From a virus, in IMG/VR virus record IMGVR_UViG_3300036832_000775, positions 8,949 to 72,948 of that record: a stretch of DNA of 64,000 nucleotides, one strand, 5' to 3'. The position numbers and the translations under genes were made by a program. Positions within the stretch are counted from its first letter, which is position 1; each line of letters starts with the position of its first letter. Shown piece after piece: positions 29,932-38,243 of this stretch. The notes beneath the pieces are model-generated. The model did no database searches. It saw nothing but the letters and a program-made list of their open reading frames with translations, and was not told the origin of the DNA.

Positions 29932-30350
29932 TCGCCCATCGCTCCAAAGTTCGTGCCTGGCGCGCCCTCTCTCGCGAGCTTAGGCGGCGCGAATGGCCCC
30001 TTCGAGATGTTCGAGTGCGAGTGCTCGCCGACCTGGAGAAACGTCGCGCGCACCGAGCCGACGCCGCTCGTGAGGTTGAGCCGGAAATAGAGCGGGCACG
30101 TCATGATCTGGAAGGTGACGTTCGCGCCGCCGCTTTGCGCCGCCGCCGGCAGAAGCGAATTGTCCCAGAACATCGAGCCAACGGGGACGGGGTTTACGAG
30201 ATCGTTGGGATCGTCATGCGAGTGGAAGAGCGAGAACTGGCCGCCGCCTGAACAAACGATCGCGCCGCCGAGGACCGCGGTCGCATAGTTGTCCATGCGG
30301 ACCAACGCCTGCGTCGCGCCTGGGGCCACGGTGGCAGTGATCGCGCGCAT
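29928..30350 (-). CDS. Virion protein, paralog A
   Basis: HSHDDPNDLVNPVPVGSMFWD. Confidence 0.75.
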   Translation of the reverse strand: MRAITATVAPGATQALVRMDNYATAVLGGAIVCSGGGQFSLFHSHDDPNDLVNPVPVGSMFWDNSLLPAAAQSGGANVTFQIMTCPLYFRLNLTSGVGSVRATFLQVGEHSHSNISKGPFAPPKLAREGAPGTNFGAMGE

Positions 30351-30351
30351 G

Positions 30352-30693
30352 TCATCCCTCGACGACGTTGTATTGCGTGACGACCATCTTGGCTGTGCCA
30401 GAGCCCGAGTTGAACAATAACCGCATCCAAAGCGGCGCGGTCGCCATCGAAAACGTCAAGCCCGCCGTGCCGCCGATCGCCCCGGCAGGCACCAACCCGG
30501 TATCCCAGAACATGTTGCCGACGGGGACCGGGTTGATGAGGTCGTTGGGGTCATCGAAGGAATGCTGGACGGTGAAATTCGCCGTCCCCTGTGTCGACAC
30601 TTGAATGCCGACCGGCGCATCGGCCCACTCGTCCAGGCGAATCATATTCGACGGGCCTGCGGCGGGGCCTGCGGAGACGGTGATCGGGCGCAT
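30352..30693 (-). CDS. Virion protein, paralog B
   Basis: HSFDDPNDLINPVPVGNMFWD. Confidence 0.75.
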   Translation of the reverse strand: MRPITVSAGPAAGPSNMIRLDEWADAPVGIQVSTQGTANFTVQHSFDDPNDLINPVPVGNMFWDTGLVPAGAIGGTAGLTFSMATAPLWMRLLFNSGSGTAKMVVTQYNVVEG

Positions 30694-30704
30694 TCAACCC
30701 TCCT

Positions 30705-30731
30705 AAAAAATTCGCCGCCCGGAGGCGGCGA
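30705..30731 (-). terminator. Intrinsic terminator after the capsid gene cluster
   Basis: TCGCCGCC/GGCGGCGA stem with an A6 tract on the left (U-tail on minus strand). Confidence 0.7.
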
Positions 30732-30807
30732 TTCGGACACAAGCGCCTCTATGAAAGGCTGGGCATGCCGGTTCACAATCCAATGTGTTCGCTGACGCCT
30801 CTCCGAA

Positions 30808-31191
30808 TTATGGGACCTTTTCGCTTTCGGCCATGATCTTTCGCTGTTTCGGGCCGGAGCCCGCATCGTGGGTCTTGGGATGAAGGTCCGCGCCGACGCC
30901 GCCGCCGCTCGCTCGAGCTGCCCGCCCCATCGAGGGTTTCCTGCCTCCGCCGCTGATCGTCGAACCGCCATAGGCCCGCTTGAGCGAAGCCCCATCAGGA
31001 GCTGCGCCGCCGGTCGCCAGCTTCGCGATCTTGCCGCCCTTCGCGCGGAAGATTCCCGAGCCGCGCGAGAGCGTGGCGTCCGGCTCGTTCTTGGGATGAG
31101 CGCCGCGCGCCTCGCGCTCGACGTTCTTGGCGGATTGCTTTTTGAGAGCGCCTCCTGACGCCCTGCCTTCGCGACTTGTTTCGCCTCGCAT
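30808..31191 (-). CDS. Small basic protein with multiple AxGG motifs
   Basis: RASGG, RAKGGKIAKLATGG, RAYGG, RASGG. Confidence 0.75.
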   Translation of the reverse strand: MRGETSREGRASGGALKKQSAKNVEREARGAHPKNEPDATLSRGSGIFRAKGGKIAKLATGGAAPDGASLKRAYGGSTISGGGRKPSMGRAARASGGGVGADLHPKTHDAGSGPKQRKIMAESEKVP

Positions 31192-31202
31192 CGAAGCCTC
31201 CT

Positions 31203-32426
31203 TCAGACTGTCGGAACGCCGAACAGCGGGCCGGGATTGAGCATGCTGCCCGTGACCGCTGCAAGCGCCGAGATCGTCTGAGTGACGGAAACAATACTGG
31301 TGCCGTCAGGACCAGTGCCGGTGACGCCGGCATTCGGCCCCTTCGTCGACATCTGGAACGCGCCCCGCGGGTCGCCCGTCGTTGTCGTCGCCGGGGCGGT
31401 CTGGTCGGCGTACTGGATGCCAACCAGCGTGCCCGTCTGAGCTGTAGCGCCGAGCATGATGGTCGGCGGAGGCGCGCTCGGCACAACCGAGATCGGGAAG
31501 CCCATCAGGTCCGACGTCACCACGGTGTAGGCGTGGGCGTCATTGAACTGCGGCGTCGCAGCGATGATGGTCGAGTAGGTCTTCTTGCCGTAAGCGGTCG
31601 TCGCGCCAGCGGTCGCAGTGATGATCTCGCTCTGCGGTTGATTGTAGATGTCGAGACCCTGGATAAGGACGGGGCCGCCGGTCCCGCCGGCGACGCCCGT
31701 CACCCCGACTCCGCGTGCGGTCGCGCACTCGGGGATGAGGAACCGGCCCATGCCGCCGGCCACGAAGTCCGAGACGCCGCTCGGCGCCGGATTGCCGTAG
31801 CCATACAGGCTGTAGCGATTGGTGATCCCAACCTCGGCATTAGCCTGGGCCGTCGAGGGCACAGCCGAGATCGTGATCTGGCCATTAGCCGGCGTGCCGA
31901 GGGCCAGGACCTGGGCGAACAGCGTCGCGCCTGCGAGGCCAGCTCCGCCGATCGCGAGCCACATGCCCTTGGTGTAGCGCCAGATGTTCGCGGGCTTCGC
32001 CAGCGTGATGACGTTGCCACTCGTGACCGCCGCCGCCTTGTCGAGCGCGATATCGAGCGCGACCGCATTGAAGACCGGGGTGCCGGCGAGCTGCGCCGCG
32101 GTGCCAGGCGCAACGCCAGGCGCGAAGGTCGAGGTGTTCGTCAGCGCGACGCCACTCGCCGCAGCCGCGCCGGTCGCCAACGTCACCCCACCGGGGACGG
32201 GGGCCGCGTAGATCGTCTGGATCGGCGTCTGCATGTAGATCGCCGGGACCGCGCCAGGATTGATGTTGTCCTTGTTCGCGCCCGCGACCATCGCCGGGAT
32301 GCCGATCCCGCCGTAGAAGATCGAGGGACCGATCTGCTGAGCGTATTCGGTGGGCTGCATCCCCGCCGGAGCGCCGGTTAGACCTCCGAGAGCGACGATT
32401 GGCCCAGATGAAACAGAGCCTGCCAT
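31203..32426 (-). CDS. Virion structural protein (head decoration/fibre)
   Basis: 407 aa Ala/Gly/Thr-rich; GLDIYNQPQSE, TATTGDPRG-like motif; directly after the capsid gene. Confidence 0.7.
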   Translation of the reverse strand: MAGSVSSGPIVALGGLTGAPAGMQPTEYAQQIGPSIFYGGIGIPAMVAGANKDNINPGAVPAIYMQTPIQTIYAAPVPGGVTLATGAAAASGVALTNTSTFAPGVAPGTAAQLAGTPVFNAVALDIALDKAAAVTSGNVITLAKPANIWRYTKGMWLAIGGAGLAGATLFAQVLALGTPANGQITISAVPSTAQANAEVGITNRYSLYGYGNPAPSGVSDFVAGGMGRFLIPECATARGVGVTGVAGGTGGPVLIQGLDIYNQPQSEIITATAGATTAYGKKTYSTIIAATPQFNDAHAYTVVTSDLMGFPISVVPSAPPPTIMLGATAQTGTLVGIQYADQTAPATTTTGDPRGAFQMSTKGPNAGVTGTGPDGTSIVSVTQTISALAAVTGSMLNPGPLFGVPTV

Positions 32427-32441
32427 AGTGTCCTCGCCGCT

Positions 32442-33356
32442 CTACTGGGTCGGGAACGAGCCCCAGATAGATCTGAAGTCGAAGTACCCGAACGAATACC
32501 GCTCGTAACCCTTAACAAGCAAGTTGTCTGTCGTGAAATCTACCTGCATGTCGAGCTCGAATGCTACGCGCTGCAAGTATAGGAGCCCTTCTTGATCTGT
32601 CATCACGAACCAGGCCGTAGGTGATGTCAGGTAGTCATGCACCAGATGACCATCAGGAATGCCACCTGACGTCTCAGGTATTGCGTTAATATCATTATCA
32701 TTCGTGCCTGGCCTGAGCACTGTACGCAGAAGCCTGATCGCAATAGGCTCGAGAGCGATCGGAACGACTAGCTTGCGAGCTCGCGCCTGCATTCTCAGGC
32801 CGGCATTGTCGCGGAAGAGACCGCGGACCGAGGCCTGCGCATTGAGGAGCGAGGCCTCATTCAGATCCATATCGACGGGGAATCGATTGGGGACGACCCC
32901 AGTATCGATCGGATGGTTCAGAGAACATAGCGGTTGCTGATCCCCCAGGATGGTGGGATCGTAGACGGTCGCCATGTTTAGTGGGTACGCGCCATAGATC
33001 TCTTTAGTCTGATTGAAAGACTTCTGTAGTCCAAGGTTACTTGGTTGCCACTGTCTTTTATATAAATTATCGTCGATCATCTTTCGTGTGAAAGCATAAC
33101 CGAGCCCGATCTCCTTGTGGTACTGATTATAGACGTAACGCTCGCCAGCTTGATTGTCGAACGTAGTCGGGCCGCCCTCATTCTTCAGGGCGGCAAGGCC
33201 GAGGTACCGCATCGATGCTGTGCGCTCGACCGACATGAAGGATTTGTCGACCTTGTAGATCTTGGGATAGATCCGGTCGATGTCCTTGTACTGTCCCGCA
33301 ACCTTACGGAGGCCGGGGAAGAGAAGGTCGTAAGCCTGGGCGACTGAGACGGCCAT
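32442..33356 (-). CDS. Major capsid protein
   Basis: LLFPGL, KNEGG, DDNLY, DLNEASL, DYLTSPTAWF, ERYSFGYFDFR. Confidence 0.9.
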   Translation of the reverse strand: MAVSVAQAYDLLFPGLRKVAGQYKDIDRIYPKIYKVDKSFMSVERTASMRYLGLAALKNEGGPTTFDNQAGERYVYNQYHKEIGLGYAFTRKMIDDNLYKRQWQPSNLGLQKSFNQTKEIYGAYPLNMATVYDPTILGDQQPLCSLNHPIDTGVVPNRFPVDMDLNEASLLNAQASVRGLFRDNAGLRMQARARKLVVPIALEPIAIRLLRTVLRPGTNDNDINAIPETSGGIPDGHLVHDYLTSPTAWFVMTDQEGLLYLQRVAFELDMQVDFTTDNLLVKGYERYSFGYFDFRSIWGSFPTQ

Positions 33357-33369
33357 TGGTCAATCCTCC

Positions 33370-33975
33370 TCAGATGCCCGTCAAGGACTTGTAGTCCTGG
33401 TTGTTGAAGGTGACGTAGGCCCAGTTGTACGGGGTCGTCGCATCGGCCCCAGGAGCTCCCGGCGGGTCCCGAATGAGGTCGATGATGCGGAACGGGAACG
33501 TGGCCGTCACGGCCGGCACGTTGGTGACGACGTCGAGCGTCGCGCCCGATCGGCCGGTCACCTGATTGCCACCGCCCAGCGAGTACTGGCCGTTCATTCC
33601 GATCATGGCGAGCGTGAGCAAGCCATTGGCCTGAACTCTGAAGACGGTTAGCGGGTCGTCAATGATCTTCGCTTCGACGTCGAAGCCGGTGCCAGAGACG
33701 ACGGCGTCGCTCCCTGGCCACCAGGGGACCGCGACCCGCTTCTTCTGGCTGATCGACATGTACTCGCAGCCGCAGAAGATTCCGCCGATCTGCGCCGCGC
33801 CAGGCGTCGATGGCGCCTGCGAGATGTAGCCGGTCGAGAGCTGGATGACGGGGTCGCCCGTGTAGATGGGCGTCGGGTTCGATGCGCTGATCCAGCGCTT
33901 CGACATTTGGTAGTTAACGGCTGCGCCGAGGCGGTGTGAGTCAGCGAAGCCAAAAGGCGCATTGGGGTTCGGCAT
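33370..33975 (-). CDS. Capsid cement/decoration protein
   Basis: MPNPNAPFGF...IYTGDPV...GIFCGCEY...DDP; precedes the capsid gene. Confidence 0.75.
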   Translation of the reverse strand: MPNPNAPFGFADSHRLGAAVNYQMSKRWISASNPTPIYTGDPVIQLSTGYISQAPSTPGAAQIGGIFCGCEYMSISQKKRVAVPWWPGSDAVVSGTGFDVEAKIIDDPLTVFRVQANGLLTLAMIGMNGQYSLGGGNQVTGRSGATLDVVTNVPAVTATFPFRIIDLIRDPPGAPGADATTPYNWAYVTFNNQDYKSLTGI

Positions 33976-34011
33976 GACGATCCCTTCCGCAATCGCGGGA
34001 TTTCAGGGTTC

Positions 34012-34073
34012 GTCATCACCGAGCGCCGGACGATGACTCGGAGCTGTCAAGCGAGGGTACGAGCGCCGCACCC
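34012..34073 (-). promoter_or_regulatory. Twin RNA hairpins with identical GGCGCUC loops in the capsid-gene leader
   Basis: GGGUGC[GGCGCUC]GUACCC and GUCAUCGUCC[GGCGCUC]GGUGAUGAC on the minus strand. Confidence 0.55.
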
Positions 34074-34085
34074 AAGCCTACGGTC

Positions 34086-34667
34086 TTAGTCGGGAATGCC
34101 TATGGGGCCGACCGTGGACCCCACCCGTGGATGCGTCTTTCGATTGGCGTCGCGAGGCGCCGTCCCGGGTGGCGCCTCAACAAGTTTCGCCTCACTGTTA
34201 CGCACCTGATCGGTGGCCTTGATTTTCTCGCGCAATCTCCGCCGGTCTGTCAACTCCTTTGGCCGCTCCATTAACATCAGACCTTCAATGATAATTGTTT
34301 CGTCTGAATATTCTGGAAACAGGAGCTCACGGTGCCGGCTCGCCGGGACCGGCGCCCAGCCGCTGCGGAGTAGCTGATTCGTGTAGTGGGGGAATTGCTT
34401 GTTGAAGACCGTGTGCGTCTTCCATTCATACGTCCAGCCAGGGGGGCTCTCGGCGTAGAAGCGATCGAGGTACAGATCACCATCCTCGCCCTCATCGAGC
34501 TCGCCGTACTGAGCTCGCAGCTCGGAGATCCTGAGTCGAGCTCGCTCCATATGGTCGATGTAGCCAGGGCGCGCCTCGGCCTCGTCGCGGAAGCCTGGAC
34601 GAGCTCCGTTCGCGCTCGCCCCCATGAATGAGCCCAGCTCCTCTGGGTTGTTTTGGAAATCGGTCAC
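34086..34667 (-). CDS. Head-region protein
   Basis: PPGWTYEWK...GWAPVPA...GLMLMERP. Confidence 0.75.
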   Translation of the reverse strand: MTDFQNNPEELGSFMGASANGARPGFRDEAEARPGYIDHMERARLRISELRAQYGELDEGEDGDLYLDRFYAESPPGWTYEWKTHTVFNKQFPHYTNQLLRSGWAPVPASRHRELLFPEYSDETIIIEGLMLMERPKELTDRRRLREKIKATDQVRNSEAKLVEAPPGTAPRDANRKTHPRVGSTVGPIGIPD

Positions 34668-35725
34668 GATCGCGCTCCCAACATCTTGCCGCGACCCTGC
34701 GCATCAAGCAGCTCGGCGGCGTATTCCTCATCAGTCATGCCCAGGACGTCGCGCGCATGCTCTCGCTGGCGAGGGGTGAGAGAGACTGGCGTCCCGCGGA
34801 TCCGGCCCGTGCGCAGGCTCGGCGCTTCAGCTCGAGCTGGCGCGCCCATGCTGCGCGCTTGACCCATCTGGCGCTGGCCCTGGCGCGTCATTGGCGACAT
34901 TTGCCCTCCCATGGCCTCTTCAAGCTTCTCTTCCAGCTTCTCGAAATAGGCGTCTGTTTCCGGAATCAGGCCCAGCGAGTTGGTGACGTAGTTGTGCGCG
35001 CCGTCGACCCGATTGATGCCGGCGCGGTCTTTGACCATTTCGGGGTGCGATCGGATCCAGGCGGCGCTTTTCGGGAAGCCAGTCCGATCGAGGTGACTCG
35101 AGAGCGTTTGGACGTTCCCCTGCATCTGCTGTGCAGGGTCGACGTATCCTGGTTGGCGCGGCTGCGGCTGCGGTTGCTGCCGTTGCTGCTGCGGTTGCTC
35201 GGTTGAGAGCCCCTCGCGCATCTCCATTAGCCGCAGCAAATTCGCGCGGCTGTCCGAAATCATGATTTGGGCTTCTGACGCGGCCTTGTGGTCGCCGCGA
35301 TCGAGCGCTTGCTGGAAATAGACCCGCGCCTGTTCGGAATCGCGCTTCGCGCCCTCGATCGCCTGGTCGACCATCGAGACATTCGAGGTCGCGAGCCCGC
35401 GCTCGGCCTGGATGCGCGCCTGGTGCTCGGCTTGCGCCACCTGGGCGGCGCGCTGCGCTACGTTTTGCTGGTACGCGAGCTGCCGTTTCAGCTCGGAGAC
35501 GCCATCGTCCTCCGGCGCAGGCTCCGGCGAGGCGCGCATCGGCAGCTCGCCCTCGCCGCCGGCCCCATTCGAGCGCAGATCCGGCTTTTTGTCGCCCTTG
35601 CGGACCGTCTCGCCGGCAATGACAGTTTTCGGCGGCAGCCGCTCCTCGGGCGGAATGTCGTCGTCTTCGATAAGCGAGCCGAAAGCGGTCTGCTGTTCGG
35701 GGTCTTCTACTTCTCGCACTGCCAT
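34664..35725 (-). CDS. Scaffolding protein
   Basis: Acidic coiled coil; C-terminal LTPRQREHAR..LGMTDEEYA. Confidence 0.75.
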   Translation of the reverse strand: MAVREVEDPEQQTAFGSLIEDDDIPPEERLPPKTVIAGETVRKGDKKPDLRSNGAGGEGELPMRASPEPAPEDDGVSELKRQLAYQQNVAQRAAQVAQAEHQARIQAERGLATSNVSMVDQAIEGAKRDSEQARVYFQQALDRGDHKAASEAQIMISDSRANLLRLMEMREGLSTEQPQQQRQQPQPQPRQPGYVDPAQQMQGNVQTLSSHLDRTGFPKSAAWIRSHPEMVKDRAGINRVDGAHNYVTNSLGLIPETDAYFEKLEEKLEEAMGGQMSPMTRQGQRQMGQARSMGAPARAEAPSLRTGRIRGTPVSLTPRQREHARDVLGMTDEEYAAELLDAQGRGKMLGARS

Positions 35726-36132
35726 CAGAACACCGCGTCCGGGTGGCCTAGCTTGCCCTTGATGTAGACGTCCGGAATCAGCCTGCACTCACGGTCACCG
35801 ATCATGCACTTGAGACCGTCAGAAGCCCGGTAGACCACCCAGTCCCCAGGCGTGACGTCTTGTCCGTAAAACTTGACCGGGCCGTCATCGACGAAGGCCC
35901 GCAGCCCCTTCTTGAGGACCATGCCGACCTTGCCCTGGTAGCGGTCCTCATCGACCGCTTCGTCGGCGATCTGCAGACCGCTCGCCGTATGCGTCGCCGG
36001 CCGGATGTAGATCGCGACGAGCACTTGCTGGTTCATCGGCTCGACGATCTCGAGATCGGCGCCGACGGCGTTCCAGATGACGTCGCGAGGGTCCTCGACG
36101 TGTATGGTTCGGAGTCTATGATGCGCGGGCAA
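35725..36132 (-). CDS. GroES-like co-chaperonin
   Basis: EPMNQQVLV, TASGL, GMVLKKG, VTPGDWVVY, RLIPD. Confidence 0.85.
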   Translation of the reverse strand: MPAHHRLRTIHVEDPRDVIWNAVGADLEIVEPMNQQVLVAIYIRPATHTASGLQIADEAVDEDRYQGKVGMVLKKGLRAFVDDGPVKFYGQDVTPGDWVVYRASDGLKCMIGDRECRLIPDVYIKGKLGHPDAVF

Positions 36133-36340
36133 GGGGGCCTCTTCCTTGATCGTCTTCTGCAGCGTCGATTTCTTCCATCCACTCGAGAACGTGACCGAGG
36201 GCTTCGAGGTAACCGGCGCGTTTCTTGTAGTCGGGGAAATCGGTCGCAGCTCCCTGGATCAGGGGGCGCAGCATCGCTTGCTGTTTCGCCTCGATGATCT
36301 CGGTGAGCTTGCGGGCGAGGAAGATTGAGGTCGCGTCCAT
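36116..36340 (-). CDS. Small protein upstream of GroES-like gene
   Basis: GAATDFPDYKKRAGYLEAL. Confidence 0.7.
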   Translation of the reverse strand: MDATSIFLARKLTEIIEAKQQAMLRPLIQGAATDFPDYKKRAGYLEALGHVLEWMEEIDAAEDDQGRGPLARAS

Positions 36341-36594
36341 CAGTCGGGCGCTCCAAGCGTCGACTTGATCCAGACGTCTGCAGCGTCGATTTGCTCTTTC
36401 CGATTGTCCTGCAGGCCGAGCGTGTTCACGAGGCCGCGCGCGCACACTACTCGGGCCTCGTCCTCGTCTTCGATATGCGAGAGGAAGAAGCGGCACGATG
36501 AGTTCTCGGTGACGATCACCGCGAATGCGGTGAAGTCCTTGCCGGAGTCCGCCTCTTCTGCAGCCTGGCGCAGCCGATCGCCGATCGCGCTCAT
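36340..36594 (-). CDS. Hypothetical protein
   Basis: Coupled ATG at 36594. Confidence 0.6.
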   Translation of the reverse strand: MSAIGDRLRQAAEEADSGKDFTAFAVIVTENSSCRFFLSHIEDEDEARVVCARGLVNTLGLQDNRKEQIDAADVWIKSTLGAPD

Positions 36595-36821
36595 TTCGTC
36601 AGGCCTTTGACGGCCCACATAACCGCCTCTTCGACGCGCGTCACAGCAAGAGAGGCCTCACGGCTCGCGGGCACATTGGCCTCGATGGCTCGAATAAGCC
36701 CGAGGCCCATGTCCTTGAGGTGCGTCATCCCGGCCTTCTCCGCGTCGGTCAGAACGCGGTACTGGTGGCGCATCGTATTGTTGACGGTGCGATCGTCGCT
36801 TGCGCTGTCGACATGCGTCAT
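36591..36821 (-). CDS. Acb2/Tad1-like anti-defence nucleotide sponge
   Basis: YRVLTDAEKAGMTHLKDMG and REASLAVTRVEEAVMWAVK resemble the Acb2/Tad1 helical hairpin. Confidence 0.75.
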   Translation of the reverse strand: MTHVDSASDDRTVNNTMRHQYRVLTDAEKAGMTHLKDMGLGLIRAIEANVPASREASLAVTRVEEAVMWAVKGLTK

Positions 36822-37951
36822 TCGGCCAGCTCAATCTTCCCGCTATTGTTGCGCTTGGCGTTCGCCATCCGGCCCTGGCCGGAGCCTGCACCAAACTTCT
36901 GACTGATGCGGCCGCCGCTCGCGCGACCTGGCATGCCTGGGGGCATCATGTGTGGGGGGAGTCCTGGCGGCATGCCGCCAGGCGGAGCGCCAGCTGGCCC
37001 CATCGGCGCGCCTGGCGGCGGCCCCATCGGAGGAGGACCTCCAGGTCCTGCGCCAGGAGGCCCAACGGGTGGCATCGGCGGCCGCGGCGGCGGCATCGGC
37101 GGCGGGACCGGCCCAGGAGCGGCCATAGGCGGCGGAGCCGGCGGTTGCTGTCCCTGCCCGTGCCCGACGATCACATTGACGACGGTCTTGCCCTTGCCCT
37201 TGCCCTTCGTCCGGCCGCCGCGCGCGCGGGGGACCCGGCCGCCGGCAGCCTGGCGCGGCGGCTCGGCGGCCTCATCAGAGCCAATGCCGCCCTGGCCTTT
37301 CGGCGCTCCGACAGATCTCCCGCCGAGACCGCCGGTAATGAAGTCGTAGTATTCATGCTGACCAGGAATCGAAGTGTCTAACCACTCGGGCTTCTGTTCC
37401 GCGTAGACATCTTTCTGGCCGAGCACGTCTCTTTCTGGGCCGCCTCTCCAGCGCCCGATTCGGCCGCCTTTGGCGCGAATCAGCGGCCGATCGCCGTAGC
37501 TTTTCGGGCCGCCATCGGTGACCTTGGAAATATCGCGCGTCTTGCCACCATTGGCGCGCGCGACTCGACCGCCCTTGGCGCGGGTGGGAGGATAATTCTC
37601 GCCAGTGAACCGATCCTTGCCGGATGCGTCCTCGTTCGCCATGGTCCGGCCAGCTTGGGTGAACTCGTCTTTGGCAGTCGCCTGTCCGCCGAGCGAGCGC
37701 CCGATTCGGCCGCCGGCAGCTCGTGCGGCGCGCCCAAGCGACGGCGCCCTCGCGGCTCCGCCGGTAGCGAAGGCCGAGCAATCGCTCGTCTTGGCGGCTG
37801 CCCGCCCATAATCGTCAGCGGACGCGCCCTTGTCGCCGTTGCCGCCGTTGTTTTTGCCTGACGCCGCAAACTTTTGCAGTTTGTCGGTCGTAAAGGCCTT
37901 TTGAGAGTTCGCGCCCATGGCGGGGACCTTTCTGGGGTCCCAGCCTTTCAC
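36818..37951 (-). CDS. Basic, Pro-rich head protein with about 10 xxGG motifs
   Basis: RAAGGRIGRSLGG, RAKGGRVARANGG, RAKGGRIGRWRGG, QAAGGRVPRARGG, RASGGRI. Confidence 0.75.
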   Translation of the reverse strand: MKGWDPRKVPAMGANSQKAFTTDKLQKFAASGKNNGGNGDKGASADDYGRAAAKTSDCSAFATGGAARAPSLGRAARAAGGRIGRSLGGQATAKDEFTQAGRTMANEDASGKDRFTGENYPPTRAKGGRVARANGGKTRDISKVTDGGPKSYGDRPLIRAKGGRIGRWRGGPERDVLGQKDVYAEQKPEWLDTSIPGQHEYYDFITGGLGGRSVGAPKGQGGIGSDEAAEPPRQAAGGRVPRARGGRTKGKGKGKTVVNVIVGHGQGQQPPAPPPMAAPGPVPPPMPPPRPPMPPVGPPGAGPGGPPPMGPPPGAPMGPAGAPPGGMPPGLPPHMMPPGMPGRASGGRISQKFGAGSGQGRMANAKRNNSGKIELAE

Positions 37952-37971
37952 GCCGCGAGTTTATGGCGCCG

Positions 37972-38014
37972 TTTGCATTTCGTGGGAAGAGATCTATATT
38001 TGCAGTTCGTGCAA
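37972..38014 (+). promoter_or_regulatory. Promoter TTTGCA-N16-CTATAT with operator TTGCA-N5-TGCAA
   Basis: Extended palindrome TATTTGCA-GTTCG-TGCAAATA (core 38000-38014). Confidence 0.65.
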
Positions 38015-38024
38015 ATAGGAGTCG

Positions 38025-38243
38025 ATGATGGCACAACTTCCCCCGCCGGATCATCCGGCCTGGCAGCAATGGGCGCGGACGAGCCCGGTCCTCGCCGGCA
38101 TGCTTCAACGCGGCGACCCGCTCACGCGCGGCACCTGGCTGCGGCGCAGTTATGTGTTCGATGAAGTTCCTGACCCCGTGCCCCCCGAGGTCGAACAGCA
38201 GATGCCGCCGCCCTTCCGGCAGCTAAATGAGGATCAGGGCTGA
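38025..38243 (+). CDS. Counter-oriented small moron
   Basis: Own promoter and GGAGTCGA RBS. Confidence 0.7.
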   Translation: MMAQLPPPDHPAWQQWARTSPVLAGMLQRGDPLTRGTWLRRSYVFDEVPDPVPPEVEQQMPPPFRQLNEDQG

